Shown here: one piece after another, positions 1-9,617 of the stretch
Layout of the letters: every line of letters starts with the position of its first letter
Numbering within the stretch: position 1 is the first letter of the stretch
DNA from: Sumerlaeia bacterium
GTDB lineage: Bacteria > Sumerlaeota > Sumerlaeia > SLMS01 > JAHLLQ01
Reading direction: 5' to 3'
NCBI GenBank assembly: GCA_040219255.1
Contig: JAVJSW010000011.1
Span: 28,414-92,413 of the forward strand
Length of the DNA: 64,000 nt
Made by a program: the position numbers and the translations under genes
Notes under the pieces: model-generated
Told to the model about the DNA's origin: nothing
What the model saw: the letters and a program-made list of their open reading frames with translations, nothing else
Database searches by the model: none

Positions 1-204
1 GCAGACGTCGCGCCCTTCGGAACGGGCCCTCGTGTGGCCCTCGAAAAGGGTGGCGGCCATCAGTTTGGCGTCCCGTTCGAGCGCCATGTCGTCGTAGGCT
101 GCGGAATAGTTCGTCACCACGGCCACGAGCAGGACGGTCAGGATGAGGGTCACGAGGATGATTTCGACGAGGGTGAAGCCGCGCTTCGTTCTTCTTTTCG
201 TCAT
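1..204 (-). CDS. Prepilin-type minor pseudopilin (GspH-like), 3' end beyond window edge
   Basis: Manual reverse translation from ATG at 204: MTKRRTKRG|FTLVEIILVTLILTVLLVAVV..., class III signal G|FxLxE; open to position 1; not in the ORF track. Confidence 0.85.
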   Translation of the reverse strand, partial: MTKRRTKRGFTLVEIILVTLILTVLLVAVVTNYSAAYDDMALERDAKLMAATLFEGHTRARSEGRDVC

Positions 205-382
205 AGCCGTTGCCCCCCCCACCCCGGTGGCTTCCGCCGGTTGGCTTGAATGGGCCGCGCCGCGCAGGCCGGGGGTCCAAATTTGCCTTGGGTCTCTCTC
301 GCGGCAATTGCAAAGATGAATAAACTCGTGAATCACACCCCGCCGGGTATAGACGTTGCCTTTTCGCGACAGGGAGCCATCG

Positions 383-1738
383 GTGTCGAAACCGCATTTT
401 ACCGCCATAGCAGCATCGTTCGCCTTGCTCGCCGGTCTTCCATCCGGCGCGGTGGGCCGCCCGCCGTCTCTTGAGGAGGCGCACGCCTTGACCGGGCTCC
501 AGGGCGAAATGGAAAACTGGCCGGCGCCGGAGCCCGGGGCTGCGGAGGCCTTGGCCGAGATGACGGGCGAATTCGACGGTCGCGAAGCCTTGGCGGCTCT
601 CAACGGCGCACGATTGCTTTACCGAGAGAGCCTCTCGGTTGAGGAATTGCGTATCGCGCGCACGCCGGTCCTCCTCCTGCCCACAGAGGGATCGCCTACC
701 GCCTGGCATCCCGATCAATCTGATCCCGATACGATGGACCATTGGAGCGGAGAGGCCTTCGTTCTGCTGCCACCGATCACGGAAAATGGGCCAGCGCAGC
801 CGGTCTTCCATTTGGCGAGCGGCAAAGTGGATTTGGGAACCGTGCCCGACGATCGAACAGCCTCCGCGGTTTTCGCGTTTCGAAACGACGGAGACGCCGA
901 CTTGCGCATCCTCAACACCCAAACCTCCTGCGGCTATTGCACGGTGGCCGACGTCGAACTCCCACTCATTCCCCCCGGCGCAACCGGCAGCCTGCAGGCC
1001 AGCATCCGAACCTCAGGCAATCGGGGAGCGGCGAACTATTCCATCACCGTCAAGACCAACGACCCCGACAATCCCCTTGCCGTTCTCGAAATCACGGGCG
1101 TCGTTTCGCCCCCGCTCAGTTGGCAGCCCAGATCCCTCAACCTAGGCTTCCTGACCGGTGAGCAGGCCGCGCTCGGACCGCCGCCGCAGCGGGTCGTGCT
1201 GAGCCTTGCCTACGATCGTCCATTGATCGTCGAGGTGGCCAATCCAGAGGAAAGCCTGCTGATCCTGGAGGAGGTGGGGCGTCGCGAACAGGCGGGCCAG
1301 GGCGTCTGGGACTTGCCACTCACCTTTCGCCTCAAACCGGACCTGAGCCCCGGCAAGCATGTGGTACACACCGAGTTGACAACAAACTGGCCGGAATACG
1401 AGCGCGTCAGCCTTCCCGTGCGCGTCGAAAAGGCCGCCTCGCTCTATCCCGTACCCGAGGAACTATTCTTTGGCCTGGTTCGCGAGCGCGGAATCGTAAG
1501 CCGGACGCTGGTTCTGACCGGAAGCGGGCATCCCAGACTCCTGAGTTGGAAGAGCGGCGTGAATGGACTGAGTGTGGAAGCGGGCGAACCGACGGACGAA
1601 GGGTTGACGCTGAAGGTCTCTCTGGATGTGGAGCGGGCGGGCAGCGGGGTGATTCGCGGGGAGCTGGAACTTTCTGTCGATCACGGTGGGACCAGGGAGC
1701 TTCGGGTCCCGGTGACCGGTTTGCTCAAGGTGGAATAA
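383..1738 (+). CDS. Secreted DUF1573 / Ig-like domain protein with N-terminal C39-like region
   Basis: Signal peptide; DUF1573 motif FAFRNDGDADLRILNTQTSCGYCT..IPPG..G.L..TNDPDNP; further beta-sandwich repeats; GTG 383 follows AGGGAG (ORF track opens at 356). Confidence 0.8.
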   Translation: MSKPHFTAIAASFALLAGLPSGAVGRPPSLEEAHALTGLQGEMENWPAPEPGAAEALAEMTGEFDGREALAALNGARLLYRESLSVEELRIARTPVLLLPTEGSPTAWHPDQSDPDTMDHWSGEAFVLLPPITENGPAQPVFHLASGKVDLGTVPDDRTASAVFAFRNDGDADLRILNTQTSCGYCTVADVELPLIPPGATGSLQASIRTSGNRGAANYSITVKTNDPDNPLAVLEITGVVSPPLSWQPRSLNLGFLTGEQAALGPPPQRVVLSLAYDRPLIVEVANPEESLLILEEVGRREQAGQGVWDLPLTFRLKPDLSPGKHVVHTELTTNWPEYERVSLPVRVEKAASLYPVPEELFFGLVRERGIVSRTLVLTGSGHPRLLSWKSGVNGLSVEAGEPTDEGLTLKVSLDVERAGSGVIRGELELSVDHGGTRELRVPVTGLLKVE

Positions 1739-1846
1739 GTGGCAGATTTCTGAGCTTTATCAAATCTCGAAATAAGGCTTTACCTGGGTTGCGGAACCCA
1801 CTATTCGGAACGGCGAAAAAAGAGGCGGGCGCGACCCGGTATCATC

Positions 1847-2308
1847 ATGAGGAAAGTCAAGATGCGCAAGTTTGGATCGAAGAGTTTTCCGCCGGGGATG
1901 TCACGGCGCGGTTTCACGCTGATGGAAATCATGCTGGTGGTGATTATCATCGGGATTCTGGCCGCCGTCGTGGTGACGAATTTTTCCGGCATGTCGACCG
2001 ACGCCCGTCTGGCGCGGGCTCAGGCGGACCTCGGACAATTGAGGACGCAGCTCTCTCTCTTCGAGCAGCGCTACGGGCGCTATCCCACCTTGGAAGACGG
2101 CGGGTTGATGGCTCTGCTCGAACGACCTTCCTCCATTCCCGAAGACGAATGGCGCCGCTTCGGCGAAACCGAACCCATCGATCCCTGGGGCAATCCCTAC
2201 GTCTACCTGACCGAGTCGGCGCGCCTCGACACTGATCGCCCCTTCAACCTGTACAGCATGGGACCGAACAAAGAAGATAACGCCATGCAGGAAGACGACG
2301 TGAAGTGA
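1847..2308 (+). CDS. gspG: Type II secretion major pseudopilin
   Basis: RRG|FTLMEIMLVVIIIGILAAVV; GRYPT..GL.AL; DPWGNPYVY; LYSMGPN..DD. Confidence 0.93.
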   Translation: MRKVKMRKFGSKSFPPGMSRRGFTLMEIMLVVIIIGILAAVVVTNFSGMSTDARLARAQADLGQLRTQLSLFEQRYGRYPTLEDGGLMALLERPSSIPEDEWRRFGETEPIDPWGNPYVYLTESARLDTDRPFNLYSMGPNKEDNAMQEDDVK

Positions 2309-3384
2309 GACCGGGACCCTGCCGCTCGGGTGATCAGTGGGTAAAGGGCTTTGTCTTGCCGGCGGTTTTGTGGACGATCCTGATTCTGGCGCTCGTGGCT
2401 TCCTATCAGCTCCGGGACGCCCAGATGGCCCTTTCCCACCTGCGGAACGCCAGCGAGGCCGAGCGCATGCGCGATGCCGCCACCAGCGCCATGGAAGCGG
2501 TGCTCGGCGGTCTCGCGGAAAACGCGAACGCCGAAGCCGATGGCGAGGTGGAAGGCTGGGGATGGGGAACCCTGACGGCGCAAGGCCTTGCGGAACGGGT
2601 GGCGGAGGATTTCCCCGATCTGCTCATTCATGTCCGGGTTCAAGCCGAAGACAGCAAAGTCGCCATTTCCGACCGCGAGGGCGCCGCCCGGCTCCTCGAA
2701 TCGTTGGGCATGACCCGCTTGCAGGCGCAGGACAATGCGGAGCGGCTGGCTGACTACGCCGAGAAATCGGTCCCGGAAGCGGAGGAGGAATTCCCGCAGC
2801 AATGGCGCCTCATGGCCTCCCTTCCCTCCCTTCGCCTCTTCGACATTCACGGGCGCGATTTGAACTGGAATGGAACGGTGGAGGACTGGGAGGCATACCG
2901 CTGGGCGGAGAGGGAAGGCACGGGCCAACCCTCGCCCTTCGAGGCGATCCTCGCGAAGGCGCCGGGCGGCCTGGCCGAGCACCTGACCCTGATGACCGAA
3001 TCCGGCGGGGACGAAGGGGCCGCCTTGCCCAATCCGAATCTGGCGTCGGCACAGCGGCTGGCTCTGGTGCCCGGATTGAACGAAACCGCGGGGGAGCAGA
3101 TTCTGACCCTCCGCCGCGGTGCCGACGGCATCCAGGGAACGGAGGACGACGTGCTGCTGGAAAAAGCGGAGGACCTCGGTTCGATTTCCGCCATCTCCGG
3201 ATTTCGGGAAGTCGGCCTCGATCGCGTCGCGGCCAACGTGAGTTTTACCAGCGATCTCTACCGCATCGGCGTCTGCGTCGAAGTTCCCCGGACTCACCGC
3301 CTTTACCGAATCGAAGCGTTGGCGCGCCGGGTCGATGAAGCCGGAGTCCGAGTCGAATACTGGATGGAGGACCGGGGCCTGTGA
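2305..3384 (+). CDS. gspK: Type II secretion minor pseudopilin GspK-like
   Basis: KG|FVLPAVLW N-terminus without Glu5; HhH-like NPNLAS..L..VPGL segment; 4-nt overlap with gspG. Confidence 0.8.
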   Translation: MRPGPCRSGDQWVKGFVLPAVLWTILILALVASYQLRDAQMALSHLRNASEAERMRDAATSAMEAVLGGLAENANAEADGEVEGWGWGTLTAQGLAERVAEDFPDLLIHVRVQAEDSKVAISDREGAARLLESLGMTRLQAQDNAERLADYAEKSVPEAEEEFPQQWRLMASLPSLRLFDIHGRDLNWNGTVEDWEAYRWAEREGTGQPSPFEAILAKAPGGLAEHLTLMTESGGDEGAALPNPNLASAQRLALVPGLNETAGEQILTLRRGADGIQGTEDDVLLEKAEDLGSISAISGFREVGLDRVAANVSFTSDLYRIGVCVEVPRTHRLYRIEALARRVDEAGVRVEYWMEDRGL

Positions 3385-4808
3385 TCGTTTTCGCTCGGGA
3401 TGCGGGGGCGGAGGGCTGGCGGGCGCTGGCCCTGCGCGAACGCCGCGGACAATGGCAGGTCGCGCTCTCCGCCACGGGATCGAACGCGGAGGAGCTGGCG
3501 AAGTTTTCAGCGGGCGCCGCGGCGGCCTTGGGTTCGGAGGCGGCTTCCCGCGTTGTCCTGTTGCTCCGGCGCAGCGACTATTCGGTGCTGCGCCTCATCC
3601 TTCCCCAAGCGACTGGCGATGAAGTGCGGGCCATGCTGGCCTATCGCCTCGGGTCGATGCTGCCGCTCGATTTGGAAGACTCGGCTTGGATGTGGGAGCG
3701 GGCGCCGGAGGCCGATGGCCCCCTTGCGCCCCCCGCGCCGACTCAAGTTGTGGATGTCGCGTGGACGTCGCTGAAGCGGGTGGAAAGCCAAGTCGCGTTC
3801 TGCCGTCAGGCGGGGCTGGATGTTCGCGCCGTCCTGCCCACGCTTCTTGTGGTGCGCGCAGGGCTTGCTCAGCCGGAAGAAGAGCACCGTCTCTTGCTGT
3901 TGGATGGCCGCAACGCGGAGTGGCTGGAATGGGCGCAATCCGTGGCGGTCCCTGCGCCAGACGGCCAAAGCGCTTCCCCAGGTATGCTGCCTCCCCCGGC
4001 CGGGCGTGCTCGTCCTCAATCCGAAGTCGCTAAAATTTTGACGGAAACGAGGGATGAGGAAGGCGGGCCAATCGAGGTTTGGCCCGTCGCGGAGGAGCGT
4101 CTTGTCGATGGAGCGAGAGCCGGCCACGGGCCCGCGCGGCCGGTGCCATGGTCCGAAGCCGTGCGGAACGCGTTCCCCGGCTTGACGCAGGCGGGCAGCG
4201 AGGATGCCGCGGATTTGCCACTCGCACTGGCGGGGTGGCGGTGGGCCGAAACCCCCACCGCCGGCATGCTCCCCGCCGCCCTGGTTTCCAATCGGCAGTC
4301 GGAAAGCCGCCAACGTCTCCTGATCCAGGTCGCCATCCTGGCCTTGCTGCTGCTGTTGCTTGTCGCGGGAAACGGGGCCGTCTATCGGAAATCGCTGGAA
4401 AGGCAGCGAGACGACAGCCAAACGCAGATCGCCCGCCTGAGCGGACGCGCCAAATCCGTCGAGGCGGTTCGCGAGCGCATCGAAGCCATCAATGAGCAAC
4501 TCGAATACGAAATCCCTCCCCTCGAAGTCTTGGCGGCTCTGCAGGAAACCTTGCGCGCCAACGATCGCGAACTCGAAGGTTTGTTCCTCGACAGTCTGAA
4601 CTGGGAAGAGGGCGGTCAGACCGTCATCGAAGGCCATTCCCTCAACGACATCACCCCCTGGCGATTCGCGGAAGCGCTCAACGCCAAAGGAACCCTGCGC
4701 GTCGTCGGCAGCCCCCGCCTCCAATTCCGTCAATATGGCGATACCCGCTCCATTCGCTTCACGATGACCTTGCTCCCGGCCAAGGCAAGGAGCCAGCAAA
4801 CGCCATGA
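3381..4808 (+). CDS. GspL / PilM-PilN-like inner-membrane platform protein
   Basis: Cytoplasmic actin-like region (LILP..E..ML..LP), single TM, coiled coil, PilN-like C-terminus; operon position. Confidence 0.72.
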   Translation: MIVFARDAGAEGWRALALRERRGQWQVALSATGSNAEELAKFSAGAAAALGSEAASRVVLLLRRSDYSVLRLILPQATGDEVRAMLAYRLGSMLPLDLEDSAWMWERAPEADGPLAPPAPTQVVDVAWTSLKRVESQVAFCRQAGLDVRAVLPTLLVVRAGLAQPEEEHRLLLLDGRNAEWLEWAQSVAVPAPDGQSASPGMLPPPAGRARPQSEVAKILTETRDEEGGPIEVWPVAEERLVDGARAGHGPARPVPWSEAVRNAFPGLTQAGSEDAADLPLALAGWRWAETPTAGMLPAALVSNRQSESRQRLLIQVAILALLLLLLVAGNGAVYRKSLERQRDDSQTQIARLSGRAKSVEAVRERIEAINEQLEYEIPPLEVLAALQETLRANDRELEGLFLDSLNWEEGGQTVIEGHSLNDITPWRFAEALNAKGTLRVVGSPRLQFRQYGDTRSIRFTMTLLPAKARSQQTP

Positions 4809-5335
4809 ACGTGAACAAACGGGAGCGGATTCTTCTCCTGGCGACGGTCGCGATCGCCGTCCTCGCCGGATTCCAGATGCTGGTGCTTCGTCCCCTGATG
4901 GGCGACAGCAAAGGCGCGCGGGTGCGCACCGCCCTTTCCGTCCGCGAGTCCGCGCGTCTGCGGGCTGTCACCGATCAGGCGGCCGCATACGAAAAAGCCT
5001 TCGCCGATATCCGAGAGCGGGTGACGACCTCCGACTCCGTACAACGCGAAATCATCACCATGCTCCTGGCGATCGAATCTCTGGCGGAGGACTCGGGCGT
5101 GGAGATTCTCGAGAACAGCCACTTGAAGGACGAATCGCTCGAATACTTCGACCGTCACACGGTCCGCTTCCGCGGGGCAGGCGACACGGAGCAACTCACG
5201 CGGTTCCTCCACGCCGTGCAGAATTCCGAGCTTCTGTTCAAGATTCGGACGATGAAGCTGAGGATGAAAAACAATCGCCTGGAATCGGAACTGGAAATCG
5301 TACGCCTCGGTATCCGTGACGAGGTGGAGCCATGA
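4805..5335 (+). CDS. GspM / PilO-like protein
   Basis: N-terminal KRERILLL plus TM; G..EQL.RFL..V ferredoxin-like segment; operon position. Confidence 0.72.
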   Translation: MNVNKRERILLLATVAIAVLAGFQMLVLRPLMGDSKGARVRTALSVRESARLRAVTDQAAAYEKAFADIRERVTTSDSVQREIITMLLAIESLAEDSGVEILENSHLKDESLEYFDRHTVRFRGAGDTEQLTRFLHAVQNSELLFKIRTMKLRMKNNRLESELEIVRLGIRDEVEP

Positions 5336-5790
5336 CGACCTCCGCCGATGCGGCCCTCAAGAGAACCAGGGTCATTCTGATACTGCTGTGCCTTGCGGCG
5401 TTGGGTTGGATGGTCTATGCCCTGACAGCCGAACCCTATCGCATTCGCGCCGGATCGGCGCCATACCCTCCGCCACCCGATGTTTCGAAACGCTATGTGC
5501 CCAAGGCCTTGAACGAATATGCCGCCCCCCTGCGGCAGCGCGAGATGTTCCGTCAGAGCTTGCTCTACGAAACCCGCCGGACCGAGGTGGTGAACGTTCT
5601 GGGCAGTTTTCAGTTCCTGGGCGTCAGCGGCAAAGGGCCGGCGGCGAAAGCCTTTATTTACAACAAGGAGTCAGGCCAATCCGCTCTCTATGGTGTCGGA
5701 GAATTGCTCGGCGATTTGACCGTCGAAGCCGTTCGGGACGACCGTGTCGTCTTCAGCCACCAGGGAGAGAGGCTTGAGCTTGTGCCATGA
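5332..5790 (+). CDS. GspC / PilP-like protein
   Basis: N-terminal TM; FLGVS..AFI..YGVGE..LTV..V..DRVVF HR-like domain; directly before the secretin. Confidence 0.65.
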   Translation: MTTSADAALKRTRVILILLCLAALGWMVYALTAEPYRIRAGSAPYPPPPDVSKRYVPKALNEYAAPLRQREMFRQSLLYETRRTEVVNVLGSFQFLGVSGKGPAAKAFIYNKESGQSALYGVGELLGDLTVEAVRDDRVVFSHQGERLELVP

Positions 5791-7871
5791 GAACAGCCTT
5801 CTCTCTTCCTAGCCCCTTTTCGTTCCAGCGGAGGATCCAGCCATTGATGACCGGTTTCCTGCTGGCCTTCCTTTTCCTCTCGCTGCCGCCGATCCCCGCT
5901 CAGGAACCCGTTCCCTGGCGTTCCACCGGCTCCCAATCGTCCACCGCTGGAAACGGCGGCGCGGCCGTCTCTGGAGAAGAATTGCTCGACCTGCGCGTTC
6001 CCGACCTGCCCTTGCAAACAGTTCTGGGCATGTTGGCGAACGCGAGCCCCAAGACCCTGATCCTCGGCGATGGGGTGAAGCAGACGAAGGTGACCGCGTT
6101 CTTCGAGAATGTGACCTTCCGCCAGGCCCTGGACTCTTTGGCGTCGGCCTACCAGCTCGAAATCGTCGAAACCGATTCCGCCATTCTTCTTCTCTCGCGC
6201 CGCGACTACATGAATCAATACGCCGAGACGCGCGTCGTCACGGTCGAGAACGCCAGCCCGGAAGCCCTCGCCGAATCGCTCAACAAGACCGTCACCTCTC
6301 CCGACGAACTGATCCGCATCACGGCAGACCCGAGAGCCCGGGCTCTGATTCTGCGCGGGACCCCGGAGCGCATCGCCCACTACGAGGCTCTGGCGAGCCA
6401 ACTGGACTCGGACCTGGAGACGCGCGTGATTCAGGTCCGTTTCGGTTCGGCCGAATCCATCGCCAAGGATTTGCGCGAAGTCCTTCTCCTCTCGGCCAAT
6501 AGCCTCGGCGGAATCGTCGTGGACGATCGCAGCAACCGGATCATCGTCACCGAGAAGGCCAACAAAATGAGCCGGGCCCTGGACTTCATTCGCGAAGTGG
6601 ACGTCCCCGTGGAAACCCGCGTGTTCAGCACCGGCCGGGTCGATCCTCAGCAACTCGCCGAACGCATCCAGCGCGGGGAACTGGGAGCGCCAGCCGCCGA
6701 AGGGGGCGCCCGTGGCCGCACCACGACCAATGTCCAGGTGGTCGAAGGAGCGAATCAGATCATCGTGACCGACACGCCGGAACGGCTCGACAATCTCGCC
6801 AAAGTCATGAACGAAATTCAGGGAAACCTGACGTCGCGCGTCTTTTCTCCGATGAACTCCCTCGCCGGCGAAAATGCCTCCATCGTCACCGATGCCTTTC
6901 CTCAGGTCCTGGCGAGCGTCGACTCACGCACCAATTCGCTGATCCTGACCGGTGAGCGCCAGCAGGTCGACATGGCCTACGCGCTGCTCCAGGAGCGCGA
7001 CCAAGTCACCAATATCCAGGTCGAAATCGAAGCGAAAATCCTGCTGGTGGCGACCCGCAAAATCCAGGACATCGGATGGCGCATCTACGGAAGCGACTTC
7101 AACGGTCTGGACGAGACTTTCGTGGATGGGACCATCAATCCCAATTTCCCGGCGGATGGCCCCAAGCCCATCGGCAGCGTCCTCGGCAATCCTCCCGGCG
7201 GTCCCATCGACAACCCGATCAAGACGACGAACAACTACCTGGAGGTGATCCAGCCGAACGTCCAGGCCAACGCCGTCATCCGGGCGCTGGAGGAGGACCG
7301 CGACACCGAGCTGCTTTCCAATCCCACCATCCGTATGCTGGTGGGCAATACCTCGGAGATTTTCTCCGGTTCCCGCGAACCTTACCGCGAGACCACCCTG
7401 CAAAACGAAGTCGCTATCGAGAACGTTCAGTTCATCGATGTCGGCGTTACTTTTGAAGTCACACCCACCGTCAATTCGGAAAACCTGCTGACCTTGGACG
7501 TTCGCACCGAATTCAGCAATCTGGCCGAAGTGCGCGACGGAATTCCCGTGGTGGAAACCCGCCGCGCCAACTCGATCGTCGAAGTCGAAGACGGCGAAAC
7601 GATCTTCCTCGGCGGATTGATTACCCGCGATAAGCAAAACACTGACTCCGGACTTCCCTTCATCAAGCGCGTGCCCATCATCGGTAACCTCTTCAAGGAG
7701 AAGCGTCAACGCGACGACACCCGCGAACTGGTGATCATTCTCCGTCCTCGAATTCAACAAACCCGAAAAGACGCCGATGACTTGCCGGAAGATTACTTTC
7801 TGGCTCCACCGGCCCTCGAACGCGACGTCCGCGAGCGCGAAGAACGGGCGGGAAAGCGGTTGGAGCAGTGA
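5787..7871 (+). CDS. gspD: Type II secretion secretin
   Basis: Signal peptide, N0 domain, repeated N3 domains (D.R.N.II), QVEIEAKI, LLSNP, DVG..VTP, GETIFLGGL, PIIGNLF, RELVIILRPRI. Confidence 0.92.
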   Translation: MRTAFSLPSPFSFQRRIQPLMTGFLLAFLFLSLPPIPAQEPVPWRSTGSQSSTAGNGGAAVSGEELLDLRVPDLPLQTVLGMLANASPKTLILGDGVKQTKVTAFFENVTFRQALDSLASAYQLEIVETDSAILLLSRRDYMNQYAETRVVTVENASPEALAESLNKTVTSPDELIRITADPRARALILRGTPERIAHYEALASQLDSDLETRVIQVRFGSAESIAKDLREVLLLSANSLGGIVVDDRSNRIIVTEKANKMSRALDFIREVDVPVETRVFSTGRVDPQQLAERIQRGELGAPAAEGGARGRTTTNVQVVEGANQIIVTDTPERLDNLAKVMNEIQGNLTSRVFSPMNSLAGENASIVTDAFPQVLASVDSRTNSLILTGERQQVDMAYALLQERDQVTNIQVEIEAKILLVATRKIQDIGWRIYGSDFNGLDETFVDGTINPNFPADGPKPIGSVLGNPPGGPIDNPIKTTNNYLEVIQPNVQANAVIRALEEDRDTELLSNPTIRMLVGNTSEIFSGSREPYRETTLQNEVAIENVQFIDVGVTFEVTPTVNSENLLTLDVRTEFSNLAEVRDGIPVVETRRANSIVEVEDGETIFLGGLITRDKQNTDSGLPFIKRVPIIGNLFKEKRQRDDTRELVIILRPRIQQTRKDADDLPEDYFLAPPALERDVREREERAGKRLEQ

Positions 7872-9610
7872 ACGGTTCCAAGACTGTGGACGCAGGCCAG
7901 GTCAGAGTGGGGGAACGGTTGGCCAAGGCCGGCGCCGTCGCGCAGGAGGCCATTCTCAGAGGACTGGCCCAGCAAGAAAGCGAGCGGCTGGCCACCGGCT
8001 CTCAACGTCCGCTCGGCGAAATCGTCTTCGAAATCACCGGCTCCTCCCGTCCGGAAATCGGCATGATCGTGGCCGAGGCCATCGGCTTTCCCTGGTGCCG
8101 GCCTGAAAAGGAAACGGTCGGCGAAGCGGCGCGTGATCTACTGCCTCCGCGCATGGCCCTCCACTACATCGCCGTCCCGCTCGCTTTCGATTCAGACCGG
8201 CGAGTCCTCACCCTGGCCATGGCCCGGCCCCAGGACCGGACGCAGCGCGACGAAATCGAAATGCTGCTCGGCGACTCGATCCGCATCGAACCGCGCTTCT
8301 CATTCCCCGCCTACATCAAAGAGGCCATAAACAAAACCTATGGCGTCGGCGCCGAGAGCATCGACCGCATGACACGGGAGATCTCTCTCGCCGGCGAAGA
8401 AGACGAGGACGCCCTCGCCCACGGCGCCGACAACAGCGAAGACGCGGCGATCATCCGTTTCGTCAATCAGATCATCCGCGATGGCTATCGCCTGCGGGCC
8501 ACCGACATTCACTTCGAACCGGGCGAGGAAAGCTTCACCATCCGCTATCGCCTCGATGGGCTTCTCGAGGAAATCAAGGTTCCGCCCGCGCTCCGCCGCT
8601 TTCGCGCCGCCATCACCAGCCGTATCAAGGTCATGGCTCAGCTCAACATCGCCGATCAGCGGCTTCCCCAGGACGGCCGGATACCCTTCCGCGTCGGCCA
8701 CGACAAGTTCGACCTGCGCGTCTCGGTGCTTCCCACACCCCTCGGGGAAGCCATCAACCTGCGCCTTCTCCGGCGCGACACCGTCACCTTCGGCCTCGCC
8801 GACCTGGGCTTCGAGGAGGAAAGCCTGGAAGCCCTCGTGCGGGCGTCGTCCAATCCCAATGGCATGATCCTGATCACCGGACCGACAGGCAGCGGCAAGA
8901 CCACCACCCTTTATTCCCTCCTGCAAAACGTCAGCAAACCGACCGTCAAAACCATCACCGTCGAAGACCCGGTCGAGTACCGCCTGCCCGGCATCATTCA
9001 GCTCCAGGTCCACGAAGAAATCGGCTTCACCTTCGCGCGGGCTTTGCGTTCGATCCTGCGCCACGACCCGGACGTCGTCCTCGTGGGAGAAATCCGCGAC
9101 ACGGAAACCGCCGACATCGCCGTCCGGATGTCGATGACCGGCCACTTGGTCTTTTCAACCCTCCACACCAACGACGCGGTGGCGACGGTGGCGCGGCTCC
9201 TCGATATGGACCAGGAGCCCTTCATCCTGGCATCGACCCTGACGTGCGTGCTGGCGCAGCGGCTCGTGCGCCTTCTCTGTCCCGAATGCCGGCGCGTGCA
9301 TCCGGTGCCGGAGGCGACACAGGCTCTTCTCGGCCCCGAACACTTCGGCCCCGGAGCGGCCTTTTCGATCAGCGAAGGCTGCGAAGCCTGCCGCCACACC
9401 GGCTATCGGGGGCGGTCGGTGATCTACGAATTGCTGGAAGTGAACGACGCCATCCGCCGGCGCATCATGGAGCGCGCCCCCGCCGACGACTTCCGAGCCG
9501 ACCTGCGCGCCCGCGGCATCCCAAGCCTTCGCGACAACGGCGTCGCTCTCGCCCGGCGGGGAATGACCTCGCTCGACGAAGTGCTGCGGGTGACGCAGAG
9601 TGTGGGGTAG
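7868..9610 (+). CDS. gspE: Type II secretion ATPase GspE/PilB
   Basis: ATDIHFEP, RLPQDGR, Walker A GPTGSGKTTT, TVEDPVE, LRHDPDVVLVGEIRD, TGHLVFSTLHTND, CPEC/CEAC zinc motif. Confidence 0.96.
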   Translation: MNGSKTVDAGQVRVGERLAKAGAVAQEAILRGLAQQESERLATGSQRPLGEIVFEITGSSRPEIGMIVAEAIGFPWCRPEKETVGEAARDLLPPRMALHYIAVPLAFDSDRRVLTLAMARPQDRTQRDEIEMLLGDSIRIEPRFSFPAYIKEAINKTYGVGAESIDRMTREISLAGEEDEDALAHGADNSEDAAIIRFVNQIIRDGYRLRATDIHFEPGEESFTIRYRLDGLLEEIKVPPALRRFRAAITSRIKVMAQLNIADQRLPQDGRIPFRVGHDKFDLRVSVLPTPLGEAINLRLLRRDTVTFGLADLGFEEESLEALVRASSNPNGMILITGPTGSGKTTTLYSLLQNVSKPTVKTITVEDPVEYRLPGIIQLQVHEEIGFTFARALRSILRHDPDVVLVGEIRDTETADIAVRMSMTGHLVFSTLHTNDAVATVARLLDMDQEPFILASTLTCVLAQRLVRLLCPECRRVHPVPEATQALLGPEHFGPGAAFSISEGCEACRHTGYRGRSVIYELLEVNDAIRRRIMERAPADDFRADLRARGIPSLRDNGVALARRGMTSLDEVLRVTQSVG

Positions 9611-9617
9611 GGCTCGG

